This document shows positions 1-14,108 of a stretch of DNA of 60,000 bases, in pieces (within the stretch, counting starts at the first letter, position 1; each line of letters starts with the position of its first letter). The position numbers and the translations under genes were made by a program. The notes under the pieces are model-generated. The model searched no databases. It was not told where the DNA came from and saw only the letters and a list, made by a program, of their open reading frames with translations. The stretch is from Botryllus schlosseri (taxonomy: Eukaryota), in assembly GCA_051294905.1 (NCBI GenBank), contig CM119372.1, positions 8,062,001 to 8,122,000 on the forward strand, in the 5' to 3' direction.

Positions 1-155
1 CTCTGGTGCTTAGTAGCAAAGTATTGATCCTTTTTCGAATTGCTAATTAGAATTTATCCACCTGTTCTACTTATTTACATTTTAGAATGGAATCACACTT
101 GGCCGCGGCATTTATTAAATTGAATAAAAAGGATAAAAAAACTGTGTCTGCTCAC

Positions 156-3100
156 TTGCGTTCTTCCGTCTTTCAAACCACGAGCCTGCGGGCTGAGTAG
201 TTCGAGCTTGTACAACATTTTTTTGTCCAACGCCGTCGACATAGCGTTCGCCTCACCAACCATTCGGAGAGCGCGAGTTATATCCTCTTGTAGCAGTATT
301 TCCTCTGCAAACAGAATCGCGATGAAAATACAGAAGGATTGCAGTAGCGGCATATCGCTGCACGCTGTTTATTCGACTTTGTTAAGATTGGTGATTGAAT
401 GCAGAGTTCAAACATTGTTAGAAACAGTTATCAGGTGCCGAAACCCAAGTATTTATCATATTTCGTAATTCAACAAAATCGTAGCATGGGCGAATTTTGT
501 TTCCGACCGACAGGCACATCGATGCATATGATAAAATACAAAACAAAGCAAGGATAAAACGTTTATAAGGTATAAGACATGGGTAACTGTTTCCAAGAAC
601 ACATTGAACTTCTAAAAGTTGATGAAATCAGAACAACCCTAGTGTGCGTCTACCATCAATAGCTATATCATTTCGTTATGATTGAAATGTCATTATGAGC
701 TATGATTACTTGAAATCTTCCGCTTCATTATTGACTATATAACTATATTGACTCCATAACTTTTGTTACCACCAAAAAACGAAGTCAATCATTTTGTCAC
801 AAATCGTTGTTTGAGTTGCAGTTTTTCAAACTTACCGGGCGATTTCCCTAGCATGTTCATATCGAAGCCTTTCTTTTCCGCAATTTCCTGTTGAGCGGAA
901 TCGAAAGTAACCCTCTCGACTGGTTTTCCTTCCTTCTCTTGAATGGCTGCGTCTTGGGGATGGTGGAAGACGTACAAATGCGTGGAGCCAAACATGACTC
1001 TAAAAAATAACTCGCTGAGCAAAGCAGACATTGGCTATTCCGACAAATGCAAACCATGAAGAATCCCCGAGCAGATAGCTGCGAAATGTAGTCCTAATGT
1101 AGTCAAATGTGCATTCTAATGAAGTAAAAAGCTGTCATTGTTATAATATATATCAAGTGCTATAATGATAAAGTGAATTGATAGATTTTGTGGAGCTTGT
1201 CAAAGTAACTGGTGTTCCACGGAGGTTTTGGTTTTGTGTGAAAATTATATTTTAACGGTTTTGTTCTTTTGACACTTTGTTGATGTACAGTTCATTTTGT
1301 ATTCATCATGTATTAGATGTGTATTATGACAGATTTTTTGTTTTTATGATTTCGTGAAAATTTGGGATTTGGCAAAGGCTTGCAAATTAGCGTGTGTGTT
1401 CTGCAGGTTAGTAGAAGTCAAGAACCACTGATTTAGAATATATTTCATGCAATAGTAAGAAATGATTGTGTTGAGAATCATTCAAGCACATAGCTTAAAA
1501 CGTAGTTGTAGGAAATAGGTATAGGATAACTTTTGCCAATAACAATATCATCTGTTGACTTGTGAAACTTCATATAAACTAACCTGTCATTATGTCTAAG
1601 TTCCGTTTCCTTGTCGATGGTAACGCCATTTACAAGAACGGCGCCTTTCGGGACAATCTTGATCGAGCTGTTATTTCGATTATCGATGGTTGCATGATCT
1701 TTTTCCACACTGCATTTATAAGAGAGAAAGGTAACTGAAAAGTCATAACACACTAACGTAGTAGTCTCTAACCTCAGGCCCTTCAACACGATATCGGCAG
1801 GCTCCGCATTACCGAGAGCGTGGTGGCCAGCAGGTACAAAGTGTACAATCATTCCAGTCAACATCGGATCCTCGTTGAGATTCCAAAAGTGGGGAGTTGT
1901 TTTTCTGGCTTCCTAAAATCAATAAAGACCGCCGTGATCCATCAAAACGTACAGCCCATGAGCAAAATCGATATCCTGTTTCTCAGTATCCCAGTCAAAA
2001 ACAGCTCTACGACACTCTATTGCTCATGTATTCGATCATTTGCTCATGAATTTTTTTCATTTTGAAACATTCCTCCGGTTTCAGTACCATCAAAAGCTAA
2101 GGTGAATAAACAACATATATTCTTAACATCTCCAACATACTTGTCTGCTTCTCTCTTCCATCAACATCTTCATGCTTCCTTCCTCCTGGTCTTTCAATCT
2201 CTGTTGCCACGACAACTTCATGTCTTCCATTTCCTTTTGATTCTTTTTCAACTGTTGTAAAAATACTATGGTTTTGGCATATTTTTTTTTATTTTCAATA
2301 ACAGATTCGCTGTGTGAAATGAGTGCCATATTAGACTTGACTTAGTCGGGCTTTTCGACCAAGGTCGTCACAGGCTTTTCTGCATTCGTGCGATAAGATA
2401 TGCCGGATAAATAATTGCGAGTTTGAGGAAAATTTGTGAAATCATTACTTAGGACCACTTGGACATAATGTACTTTACGACATTGTGATTCGCAATACCT
2501 CTTCCTCCATTTGCTTTCTCATTTCTTCAACTTGGTCTTCGGGAATGCCTTGCACAATTACCCCTCCGGGGCCTCCTCCCAATTTAAGTTGGTCTAAAAC
2601 AAATTGTACGCAAACTTACACATGTCAATTCTAGTTATTCAGTGATATTGAATGACATTGTTCCGAGGGACAGTGTGAAGCCCCTTTCTCATCCGAGATT
2701 TTGATTTTAAACATTGCGAACTAGCATTGAACTGTAGATTAACAAAGTGACTGCTCATTTGCATAACAGAAATGTCATTTTTCAGTGACGCATTAAAAAA
2801 TGTTGTTTCAATCGTAAGAGTGACAGCTCATTTGAGTGCTTACCTTGATATCGACGACATAAATGAGTTGCCGAAAAGTTTTTGACGCATCTACAATATT
2901 ACCATTTACTCTCACTAAGACTTAAAACCACCAATCTATCACCTTGAAGTCTTTTGATTTCTTCTTTCATTTCCCGAATGAGTTTGTCGGTCGGACTTTC
3001 ATTGACAACGGCCCTTGTCTTGATAGACTTGGCCCTGTCTGCGAACCGTAAAGTGGACACAGTCTCGTCGTAGTTGATGCCAGCCGGGCTCAACGCCGCT

Positions 3101-5696
3101 ATCTTGAATAGAAGATTGAAAGTTCAAATTTAAGCATCGCTTCACAGAGAAATTTATGGACTGCGAATAATTTGGTGTTGTTTCATATATTTGACGTTAG
3201 GTTTCACTGGTGCCGCTCAATGACATGAACAATATGTCGTAAATGGGATAGTAAGAACCACAACAAGATAAACAGACACTAAAATGGAAATCAATTTGAC
3301 AAAGTATGAAGTCAGCTGTACCGGTAACTATGTGGTAATCATAATAGAGAATCAAATTATATAATACGCAATGAAAAACGACAGTTGATCGTGTCACTTG
3401 TTACCATGCGACACTTGAGTCTGTAACTTTATACCCCCAAAATGAGCCGTAATCCCAATAACCCCACTCCAACTTCAACCCACATGCTCAAAGGCTGCAT
3501 GCTTCAAGTCTGCACAGGCTTTTAGAATTAGAATTTTAAGAATGTAATGGAACTCCTACTGTCGGCATAAATCTGGATTCTTTAATTTAATTTGGACTTG
3601 GATATCAAATGAATTTGAACATGATTTTATATGACTTCTGAGTTTAATTCGGAACTCTAAAATCCTGAGGTGGGTCACGTATAAAAAAAATGATGAATCT
3701 TTAGTTCCTCACCATAATGGTCTTGCTGTTCCCTCCCAGTGCGTTTTTGAGCAATCGAGTCAGAGTCGAGTCGCGAAACGGCGGGTTGGTGGCTTTGCCC
3801 ATTTGCTTATCGGCGACCGCTTTGATGCAGTTGCCGAGGCAGAGAAGGCTCTTGTTAATCATGGAACCCTCTTTCAAGCGATCCCCGGTCGCGCCAGTAC
3901 TGTCAGCTCGCTCACTAAATGAAATATTCACGCTAAATTACTATTTTTGTGTGAATAGTTTTGAAAAGTATATTTGGTCGAGATTCCGCATACTTTTGGC
4001 AGTTAAATCGATGGTAGGTACTTTTGAAATTGCAAGATGCATCTTCGCGACTAGCACAATACGACTAGTGACGCTGCAAACAGGTACGATCTTGGAAACC
4101 ATATCCAACAGCTACTGTGATGGCTATTTTACGTGATTCCTCACAAGCGATACACACGCACGTCTTCGAAGAACAACTATGATGTGATTAGGACGGAATA
4201 CAAGAAAACACAGCAATCTATCAAGTATGCGGGACCTGTAGTGTGGAACAGCACCTCGCCAGCTATCCGACAGTCGTCGAGCATGTCCCCATTCAAATCG
4301 AAATAAGCAATTACTACTGAATCAATACCAGTCTGCCCGCAAGATTACCGGACCACAATCTGACTGATCAACCTTGCCTACCGACACGTGCAGCATTCAT
4401 TTTTGTCGCTTCCTTTTATGTTATCCTTTCTTTTATCCAGTGTACATTCCTCTTATTTACATGCTGTAAGCCAAGGTAGGTGTCTGATTAAAAGACTACT
4501 CCAAGCCGTTTCGGCACCCTCCGATCTTTTCATTATAGCGCAATCGTGTGGTGTATTGATTTGATAAAAAATTTAATAAAATGATGATGAGACAAAGCTC
4601 ATTCTAAAACTTCTTCACACTTTTCAAAATGCAAAGTGTAAAAAGTCAGTATTTTGCCTAAAATAGAGTAGAAGTGGGAGTAGTCTAAATACAAACTTGA
4701 GTACTTTGAACTCGACTGTATTATGACTACCTGAATTCCACCGCCAGTCTTACACAATATTTTATGGACCTTATTCTCGCACGGCTTTGTTAACAGAATT
4801 AGATCCATTGACACCACATCTGAAATTGACGAAAGCTGCATAAGTTACCTTCCGGCAAGGTCGACGAGATTGATGACCGACGTCTTCGTCATGCTTTTCC
4901 CGGCGTCATTTTTTGCTTTTTGAGCAAAGTTGATGGAAACGATGGTGTGCGCCCGAGAGCTTGTCGCATTCATGTTGGTGGCCGCGACCGTGCGGTTGAA
5001 ATTGCCTTCCGCTATGCGTCCCTCGATGTCTTTGTAATTCCGCACCGGGCTGATTTGAAGTTGTTCCACTGCAATTTTAGGAAAGATTCAAGTCTTGAGT
5101 CGGAAGCAAAGGTGGTCAGTAATGAAGTAATTATATTTTTTCATCACACTCGAGTAGGTTTTGACAACTTCAACTACTTTTTCGGGTGCTTATGACTTTA
5201 GATTACTTATAATTATACCGGGCAAAATATTGGCAAATGCTATGACAATACTTCACTTTAAACAATAATTTGCTCAGCGAGACCATGATGTAATAACAAT
5301 TTCAAACTATCACTATCTCTATATCACGCCAAGCCTCATTCACATTCTCAACACAAGTATTTATTATTGTTAGTTCTAGTTATTCCGACTACTTGGACCC
5401 CAATTTGACCTAATCCTCCGATCTAGACCCTGTTCAATATTGTTGCCGATATGTATTTTGTTATGAACACCTGTCAAATGGTATTGGTTCTTGCCCATTT
5501 CGTGTGACTATTTCTAATTTGTCCTAGTTGACATGCATCGCTTTTATATTTTGATTTATTTTTTATAGTTATCAACTGTGATAATTGCTCCGGTGTGGGT
5601 GGCTCGGCTGTGAAAACTTTGTCATATCGAGCCTCCCGTTTACCTTGCATGTCGCATTTATGTTGTGTGACGTTGATTTGTAACGTGGACGAATAA

Positions 5697-5727
<31 letters not shown>

Positions 5728-8700
5728 TATAGAACTAAACGTATGTGTATTACTCGTATTACGGTCAAAGCTGAGTGTTTCACTCATTTATGTGGAGTAG
5801 AACACTTTTGATGTTTCGAAATCACTGATTAAAGACATGATGAACAATTATATTGGAATGTTCACCATAAACGGAAATCCTTTGAAAAGTTCTCAGCTTG
5901 GTCATTACCGGGCAGTTCGGTCTCATTACATGGTATTCTATTATTTGGCACGGTAATTTTACCATAAAATCCTTTCTGCGGATGCTCGCGGACTCTCAGC
6001 CCGCCTTTCTTGAAGGATTTCGTGTTGAGCAAATCTTTCACGGATTCATTGTAGATTTCCAACATCGACACAGACACCTGCAAACACTCAATGGTTATAG
6101 ATGACGTCAAATATTACGTGTGGAGAAAAATGATCAGACCTGACCAGTGACAAAACACACTCAAGTACTATCCGTGTGGGATAGAGGCTATAAGTTTACA
6201 TACGATAAGATTTTCGAACATCGAATTTGCAGTACAAAGCTTGGATAAAGCTTTGGATGCCATGTTCACAAGACGTTGTCAACTTGAAGGAACATTTTAC
6301 GTGCGTCTTAACAAGCGTTACAACAAAAGGGCACAATACAGCACATTGGACAAAGCTTTATCTAAATTCAAAAGGCGAATTAGGATGACACAATGTAGCA
6401 TTGTAACAAAAGATATATCACAATGAAAACAAATTCAAAGGAAGTTTTTAAAGTACAGCTGATCACAATGTAAATTGGTTTGGCAGTACGCAACATTTTG
6501 AAGTAGCCAGTACATTCTCGTAAGTTGGGTACAGAAACATGAAATACATTCCTCCACCTGACGGTAGTGTTTTAGATTATAATGACTCTTATATTCTTTA
6601 TGAAAATGATTGCTGGGGTTATTTACTATGAGTAAGGCAGGAGAGTGTAATGCTTGGATTGGATGTACCGTGGAAAACTAAGAAAACATATTGTCAGTCA
6701 TTTTCAGCACAGTAAGGGTTATTCATCAATTTCTGGCCAATACAGCACCGTGAACAGTAGCCATGCAAACAGAACTTGTGCCATACATTTGATTCAGTAA
6801 ACATGTTACAATATTGATGGCGTTCACATTATAGCCTTTACCCGTTTATCCCCGTCTTTATAAATTTTATGGTTTCAACAATAAAAGACAAGACTTTAAC
6901 ACGGTTGTTTTGAGAAAATCGTAACCAGTACGCGCAAACAGTCATGCACTACAATTCCTAATGCTTTTGCGGCCATTGTACAAGACTGATCAAAATTAAG
7001 TTACCATACCAACAATTACTTAAACATTATAACTGAGGGATTGATATAATAGTAGTTGAAAAGCCCGAGTACAATTGTAATATAGTAACAGTATACATTA
7101 ACCAAGCACATACCAGTTTGGGATCAATGACAAGATTTAGCGATAACACTCTAATAGATCATTGGACATTGTGGTTGCTAAGCAATGTAAATCAATAAAA
7201 CCAATAACTTTGTCGGGAGGGAACAAAGTAAGATGTAATCAGAGGATTAGATGAAATAACATACAAGTCTTTTCATAATTGAAGGAATGAATTTGAATAC
7301 AGGATTGCAACTTCCAAAATAATTATATTCAACAGAGGATTTTAAATGAGAGTGATCTGTGCGACCAGAGGTGTAACCACTATCCAATAGGGAATTTCCA
7401 TGAAAAACCACAAATATAATCATAAATAACAGAGGGCACACCGGACACAAGGCATGCCAGATTAAGAGGTCGTTATTGGTCATTTCTTTGTCCACCTATC
7501 TGTTCATTGCATCGCATTGTGTCTTGTGTATCGCATCATAAATTGTGTGAGTCTTGATTGGATGAAAATATTTAATCTGCCGACTATTAAAAAAAATATC
7601 GGTGCATCCAAGATGGAAAGACACTCCTGCCCATTTACAGGCTAGATTTTCGACGACTTTTTTTCACTATTTTGCGACTACGCCACTGATTGTAAATCTT
7701 ACATGCTATCAAGTGTTGCTAGTATTGTTATGAAATAACTATTGATACACATGAGGATAATTTGGTCGCAATGCCTCTGATCCGACCTGATATTCTGCTT
7801 CTCTTTCGGCGTCATCAGTCAACTTTCGCTCTTCAATGCCCTTAAAAAGCTCCTCACAGCTGACAGGAATTATTCCTGGAGATTTGTAACAAATAGATAC
7901 ATGTATCAATTTCGATTTCTAAAAAATCTACGAAGCTAGATGTATGTGTACTACAACAGAAAGAAGAATCGACGCAAGATTTTGTCAGAAAAATGTGGAA
8001 TTTTCAAATTGCAATGCTCGGGTGGTATGCTCCATAGGTTTTCAACTAGATACTGCACCAGGTACTTAGAGATTGTACTACATCATCACCTTTGTTTTCT
8101 CCATATCCCACCATTGAGTATGATTTCCCAGATCCAGTCTGGCCGTAAGCAAACAACGAACAATTGAATCCTTGCCATGCATTTGACAATACTCCCTTTC
8201 CCAAGTCTTCAAACACTCGGGCCTGCAAAATAAACATATGTATTGCGCAAACCGACCGTATATTTGTTGTATTGTAAGCTCACAACAGCGACCGCGAACG
8301 TTGAGTATCATTGGAAAGTTCAGATAATATTTATGTGTATTTTGCTGGCGATTAATCATAAGATACTAATAGGACCTGGGTGATCATCCGATTCGGTAGG
8401 GGCGGTAATTAGCCAGCGGTCCGAGGATTAGTCTTTACAGTTGGGATTTCACACAACCACTCAAAATATTTAGGTGTCCGCAATAACAGATGGTTTAAAA
8501 CCTCTGATATAATCAAGATACTTTAGCAGGACATTGAATCTCAATGAGAGATAATTCAACAAAAATGTATCTAACTTGGTTCAAATTTAGTGAAAAAATC
8601 TCGAAATAATGGTTGGTATTTGATAAAACTATAAAGCACATGTCACAACACAGGCAGAAATAAGTCAAATATATCAAATTTACTTTTCAAGTCTCCACCA

Positions 8701-11700
8701 TTGTCATTATTGAGACCAACGAGTTGCCAGTGAGTATATTTCATTCGTACATCATTCATAGTCACACCCTCAAAATAATTTCAATTTTAATGATTAGAAT
8801 AAAATGGAAAAAGCTTGCAATTTACGTCCCTTAATTAGAGTACAGCAAGAAATTCTAATAAATAACGAATTCGAAATAGTTAGAAATTTTCAGGGCACTT
8901 TATCACATGTAACGGAAAATGCATGCTGCCGTGGTCCGAATTTGATATACATTAGGTTACACGTCATATGAGAATGAAAAGGATCGATACAAAGGATAGC
9001 ATTGTCTACCAGGCATTGAATCGGATTATTCACCGTTCAATTATTATTCATCAGAATATCTCAAATCTCTTTGTACGATCGGCATTTATGTGCTTATTGA
9101 TTCATAAATATGCTCTAAAAGAAAAGTAAACATTAAAACTGACCGAAAAGAATACCACAGCCAACAAAAAGACAAAGTGATGTGATATTAAAATCTATAA
9201 AATGTGAAGTGTACATTGTAGTAAAATGTATGGACATAGAAACAACAATGCTAACTAAAAAGCCGCTGCTGCCATAAAATAAATGGATGATGGGATCTTA
9301 TGATCAAAAGGTCAGCAAACATTCCAAAGCCGCAAGACATTATATTTTGTAACTGGTCAATGTATATCCTATTTTTATATACTGGGCTATGACTTCGGTC
9401 ACAAAAGGCAAGACAGTGGTGAAGTTACACGACATTTGGTGCATTCAATTTTAACAACTTTAAGAAGGAAGTTGCAAGTTGGCCTATTATACACGATAAA
9501 GTTCACAGCAAATTCTGACGTGAGTCAACTTTTTCAACTCAAGTCACATAAATTGTCTGATCCAGAGTTAATTTCAAGTTATCAAATTATTCAGTTTGTG
9601 TTGTTTGATTTTAATGCAAAGATGCACGTCCATAATTGCATATAGGTTAGACCAATGTTCCCTCTAATTTTTGACCAGTCTGCGCACACTCACCAACTCA
9701 CTGCGCAGACGCCTGGACAACAGTGCGTAACGACTAAAAAAAAGGTCATCACTTCGGATATTTTGTGCGCAACTTAGATTTTCTGTGCGCAGAGACCTCA
9801 TAAGCACTGCGCATTTGCGCACGTGCGCAGCATAGAGGGAACATTGGGTTAGACCAACGAAGTCAAACCCGGTGCCATGCAATTTCTAAACTATTAAAAT
9901 GATATGAGTTACAGCGGGTATTTATATATAAGAATGCTGGCCATGGGGTAAGGCCCCATTCAAAATAATATGGGAATATAATTCAACATAAGCGACTATT
10001 ATTGACAGAAATGCCACATGAAGGCTATAATGGCTTCGCCGACCTCATGGAGAAAAAAATAATATTTGATAGTGTACGAAAAATTTGTTACCAAATTTCG
10101 CGGAAACTGCCAAGAAAGGACCAACCTTAGTCGTTATACATGTGACTCAATGTATATTTACACACTACTTGTAAGGAAAAGACGTAGTTTATTTTTGTCC
10201 TTGCTGTTTTGCGGCATATACACTGACTCACGATATACATACACACAATCTGTGCATATGCATACCATGTAAGGATAGTATAATGCCAGTTAAGGCCATT
10301 ATGGTGGCAATTAAGGCCATTATGGTGACAATAAAAGGCATGACGAAACTGTTTTGTCTATGATGTCGCTGCTGATAATGAGACCAACCATATCAAAAAA
10401 GTTAGTGGAACTGGAATCCAGACAATAAAGGATTATATTGACCACATGATTTTGTGAAGTAGTGCATTTGATGACTGGAAAATTGACTCCAACATTCATC
10501 TCCGAGTCATGATTCATTCCGTATTTTTGATACATCGACTGCAAGTCAAGTCATTTCGTTCCGTGACTCGGGTCAAGTCATTCAGAAAATGAGACTTGAG
10601 TCTCTCTCAAGTCAAGCCATAACTTGAGACCTCGAAACACTGTATCACAGATACATCAAGTGATACAAGGTAGTCTATAAGGTAGGGACTACGAGAAAAA
10701 CCACATCCTATTTTTCCATATCAGATACCCAGGCTCTGGCACAAAAGACTTGCAAACCCCGCGCCAAATCGAATTTTTCTCAGCATATGCTATCATTATT
10801 GACATTAGAGAGAGTGAGAGAGAGTCTCTATTTTCATCCAACCAAAATTCATACCAAACAGACGGCAATGATGGTGGTACAGAAATTAATAATGCACAAT
10901 ATTCGGTATCAGATAGGAATGATCGATACGACCGTGAAGGTCAACTAGTCTGAACACACCCGCATCAAACAGGTACACTTGTCTCTATACAGTCTGGCAG
11001 TAAAAAATGTTAGTTGAAATAGGAAAAGAAAAAAGAAAAATTAAATGCAACTTTACGCAACATACTTTCAAGACGTTGTTACATGTAAGACATACCAATG
11101 CCTCTATAATTCATCGCAGAGAAAGCACTTTTAAAACTGATTATCTGAATCAAGAATTCATTAAGATGGATTGAAATGTGATTACCTCTCTTTCAACAAA
11201 CTTTTGTGTTGAGTTAAAATACCAATAGAGGAAATTGACAGCACCGTTTTGGTTATCTTAGATAAGTATTTTACCTGATCAGCATATCTGCCATCTTCTG
11301 GTTCAAGATATCCATCATCTCGCTCCTTGAAACCATCATGTGACCAATAAGAGTAGTCAAAAGTGTACTTTCGACCCTCCCCTTCCATATTGTTGGGGTC
11401 TTTAATGATTGTTGTGTCCCCATGCATTTCAATGACAAGCTTGGCATTTCGCTGCTTTTCTCGGTCATTGTGTGACTTGTTAAGGAAGAAACGTTGGTAA
11501 TGTACAGCACAGTGAAATGCACATATTATACTTTATACATAATCAGTTCAGCTATTTCCATGACCATTTTAATTTAGTGTCAAATTACTGAAATTAGCAA
11601 TGAGCCTACTCGAATAACCCGATCATATTCAGATTAAGCTTGAATCCATAACTTGCGCATAAATTTGTTTTATCGGTACTTAGAATCCTTAGTTACCATA

Positions 11701-11841
11701 TAGCGCTACGTACGGTACATCGGAAATACGGACCGCGCATGGTGGTGCGATACGTTATTCAATGTAGCTGCTGGAGTAAAGACCAGTTGCAAAGGATATA
11801 AATGGGCGCACACGGACGGCCACTTTAAGATTGTCCCCCAT
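156..11841 (-). CDS. KIF28: Kinesin-3 motor, KIF28/KLP-6-like (motor domain, neck coiled coil, FHA domain); 3'-incomplete, continues beyond the left edge
   Basis: 14 exons joined in frame (minus strand): 11841-11800, 11469-11275, 8222-8090, 7875-7787, 6077-5963, 5068-4849, 3914-3713, 3102-2943, 2593-2499, 2251-2141, 1912-1773, 1709-1584, 999-836, 304-156. Motifs: [19 protein letters not shown] (kinesin-3), P-loop GQTGSGKSY, switch I NATSSRAH, switch [25 protein letters not shown] leading into the FHA domain. Post-FHA segment [19 protein letters not shown] resembles KIF28/KLP-6. Introns are GT-AG except intron 1 (AT-AC). Confidence 0.9.
4090..4580 (+). mobile_element. 3' fragment of a non-LTR retrotransposon (CR1/L2-like), degenerate
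   Basis: Disrupted ORF2 C-terminal remnant [29 protein letters not shown], followed by a 3'UTR (ggtgtctgatt..aagactactccaag..) shared with copies at about 13220-13800 (-), 16780-16860 (+) and 36000-36320 (+). Boundaries approximate. Confidence 0.65.
9653..9846. mobile_element. hAT-type MITE, 194 bp
   Basis: TIR CAATGTTCCCTCTA/TAGAGGGAACATTG; exact 8-bp TSD GGTTAGAC (9645-9652 and 9847-9854); same family as 24964-25105. Confidence 0.9.
10807..10946 (-). repeat. Retroposon 3' end with (CT)n tail
   Basis: Reverse-complement match to 25177-25322 (gttgaccttcacggtcgtatcgatcattcctatctgatacc...ggatgaaaata..(ct)n). Confidence 0.65.
11470..11799 (-). other. U12-type (minor spliceosome) AT-AC intron, intron 1 of the kinesin gene
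   Basis: 5' end ATATCCTTT (11799-11791), branch point TTCCTTAAC (11487-11479), terminal AC (11471-11470). Removal joins VRVRPF|NDREKQR in frame; 330 nt. Confidence 0.92.
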
Positions 11842-13219
11842 TCTTCTTGCTCTTTGCGGCGGCAATGCTCAGCTATATTTCGCACCGGAAACAACACCGG
11901 ATCCTGCAGCGGAAGTCCAAAGGAACTGGTTTTAGCGTCATGCCGCCAAGGCGACCAAATTGGTTGTTTATTTGATTCGCACTATTAGTCATTCATGACA
12001 GTGCTTCACTGGCATAGGTGGCTGCGAGAGACTATTCGTAATGATTGCAAGTATCGGCAGGATATCATAAATCATGTCAATGTCATAAAATATAATAAAA
12101 TGTCTATTAGGCTATGAACAGTACTTTGTTCCGCGCCATAAGGCTTGACTTAACAAGGAATGTTGTCGCTCGCCATACATCCATGTACCCGTTTGTGGTA
12201 TTATATGTGCCCTGTAACTATGTAGTCTAGCTCCAAAATATTCGGAAGAGTATTAAATATTATATATTCCTTTAGTCCCATACTTCCACAAGAGAAAAAC
12301 ATAAATGTTATAAGTTTTCGAAACCAATTTTAGTCATGCGATTATTGATGCGGTAGATGGCGGTGGAGCGTCGTCGTTTTATCAGCTCTTCTCAAACTCC
12401 GGACACGAATACGATTCGAGCTGCAATAGTGCAAATGCAATCTACCAGAACCAGAATGGTAACCAGATAGATGAGCCAAGACGGCATTATGATCCTCGTG
12501 GCAATAGGTACGTTCTTTCAGCCCTCCTATTCAAATCTCATCATAAGCGACCAATCGATTTACTATGTCCAGCGTTATTTTTTTAATATACGTACGAGGA
12601 ATGAAGAACTCGTATACTGTATAGTGCATATACCTGTCCGTCGTACCATAGCAATTTACAACGTAGCTAATAGCTATACGTTGTAAATAGATATGGTCGT
12701 ACTTACGCACACACTTACACGCACGTATCGCAGATATGTAATAACCTACTGTACAATTTACAAGTCGTTGATATACAATTTTGGAGGGTGTAGCTGCGTC
12801 GTTAATTAGTAATGTGCGATAATATGATGCTGGGAGGCGGCCCGTGGATTGGATTTGTGCTCTTAATATGGCATCACACTGTGGCTGTAGCTGTACTATT
12901 TTATTGCCATTTTTATCGATTCAAGAGATCACAAGAATTCCGATACGATGAAAAGAATGGCTGATGAGATCAGCCCATCGAAATCCCACATGAACCAACA
13001 AATGTCGTAACAAAAATGGAAGGAATTGTTAAAAATATGAAAATAGCTGCACAGTGTACACTGTACACTCTACAAAAAAATAGCATGATGTCCTTTTAAC
13101 AACAGTTTTTGAACCGGAGGACCGTGTGAGGACAGGAAGATACGGCACCATTCTCTTCCACCGCGCATTCTTGTCATTCAATAACAATAAATTGAATTGT
13201 AAGTTAAATATAATAATGA

Positions 13220-13800
13220 TATATCAATCAATCAATCAGGTTTATTGATATTTTCATCGTTTCAAAAACATCACAAGACTGCGATACAATGAAAAGATAG
13301 GAAGGTGTCGAAACAACTTGTAGCCTTTAAGATCAGACACCTACCTTAGCCTAGGCGAAGTAAATAAGAGGCATGCACACTGAATGAAAATTAATGCAGA
13401 TAATATAAGGCGCAAGCGACAAAATGAGGTGGTATGTGGTGGAGGGCGAGGTCGGTGTTAGGTCTTGGTCCGGTAATCCTGAAGACTGGCTAGTATTCAT
13501 TTAGAAGAAATTGCTTGTATTTCGACTTGAATGCATATAGTGTACACTGTTCCTGTAAATGAGTGGAAAACACGCTGGAGTGAAAGGACATAGCTTGTCT
13601 TGACGCAACATGCACGCTGACCGACATTGGGGTATGATAGTATAGTGATGTCATCAACAGTGATTCTTTCGTGATGTCACGAGTGAAGGTGTACGCTCGC
13701 AGTAGCGGGGAGAAAATAGAAGAGACATATGACCCAATAAACGCGTTCTGTTGCATCAGAATGTACTTCCCGTGATCGCCTGATGTGACAACGCAAGTAC
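13220..13800 (-). mobile_element. 3' fragment of a CR1/L2-like LINE
   Basis: Minus-strand remnant ..AFKSKYKQFLLNEY, shared 3'UTR, then AATAAA and a (TGAT)n tail at about 13222-13246. Confidence 0.65.
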
Positions 13801-13880
13801 TCATTCCTGTGCTTATGTACTATTTATAGAACGCAAGTCACACGACCTCACGCTGACTGAAGAACTTGAAAAAAAGTCCC

Positions 13881-13940
13881 GTCACGTGACGCGTAACAAC
13901 CAATAGCAAATCGCCGAGTGGCAGACTGTTGGACACGTCG
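13881..13940 (+). promoter_or_regulatory. Putative XBP1 proximal promoter elements (E-box/CLEAR-like palindrome, CCAAT box, ACGT core)
   Basis: GTCACGTGAC at 13881-13890, CCAAT at 13900-13904 and GACACGTC at 13932-13939, about 170-230 bp upstream of the XBP1 ATG. Function is inferred only. Confidence 0.45.
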
Positions 13941-14108
13941 ACATTGCGAAAGATCATTTCGCTGTGGAGACGCTATGAGGTAGCTGCGATTTATTATCGA
14001 ATCTGTCGCATTATGCGCGAGTGTTTTGAGTTGGACAAAAGTCTTCGTAACATCGAGATATAAGTTCAAGTCCGCGCTTCTCTTATTACTGAAACCTCGA
14101 AAGCCACC

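Noticed and set aside
13900..13918. ERSE (CCAAT-N9-CCACG) in the XBP1 promoter
   Set aside because: The spacing fits but the second half reads CCGAG, not CCACG; only the CCAAT box is retained as a call.
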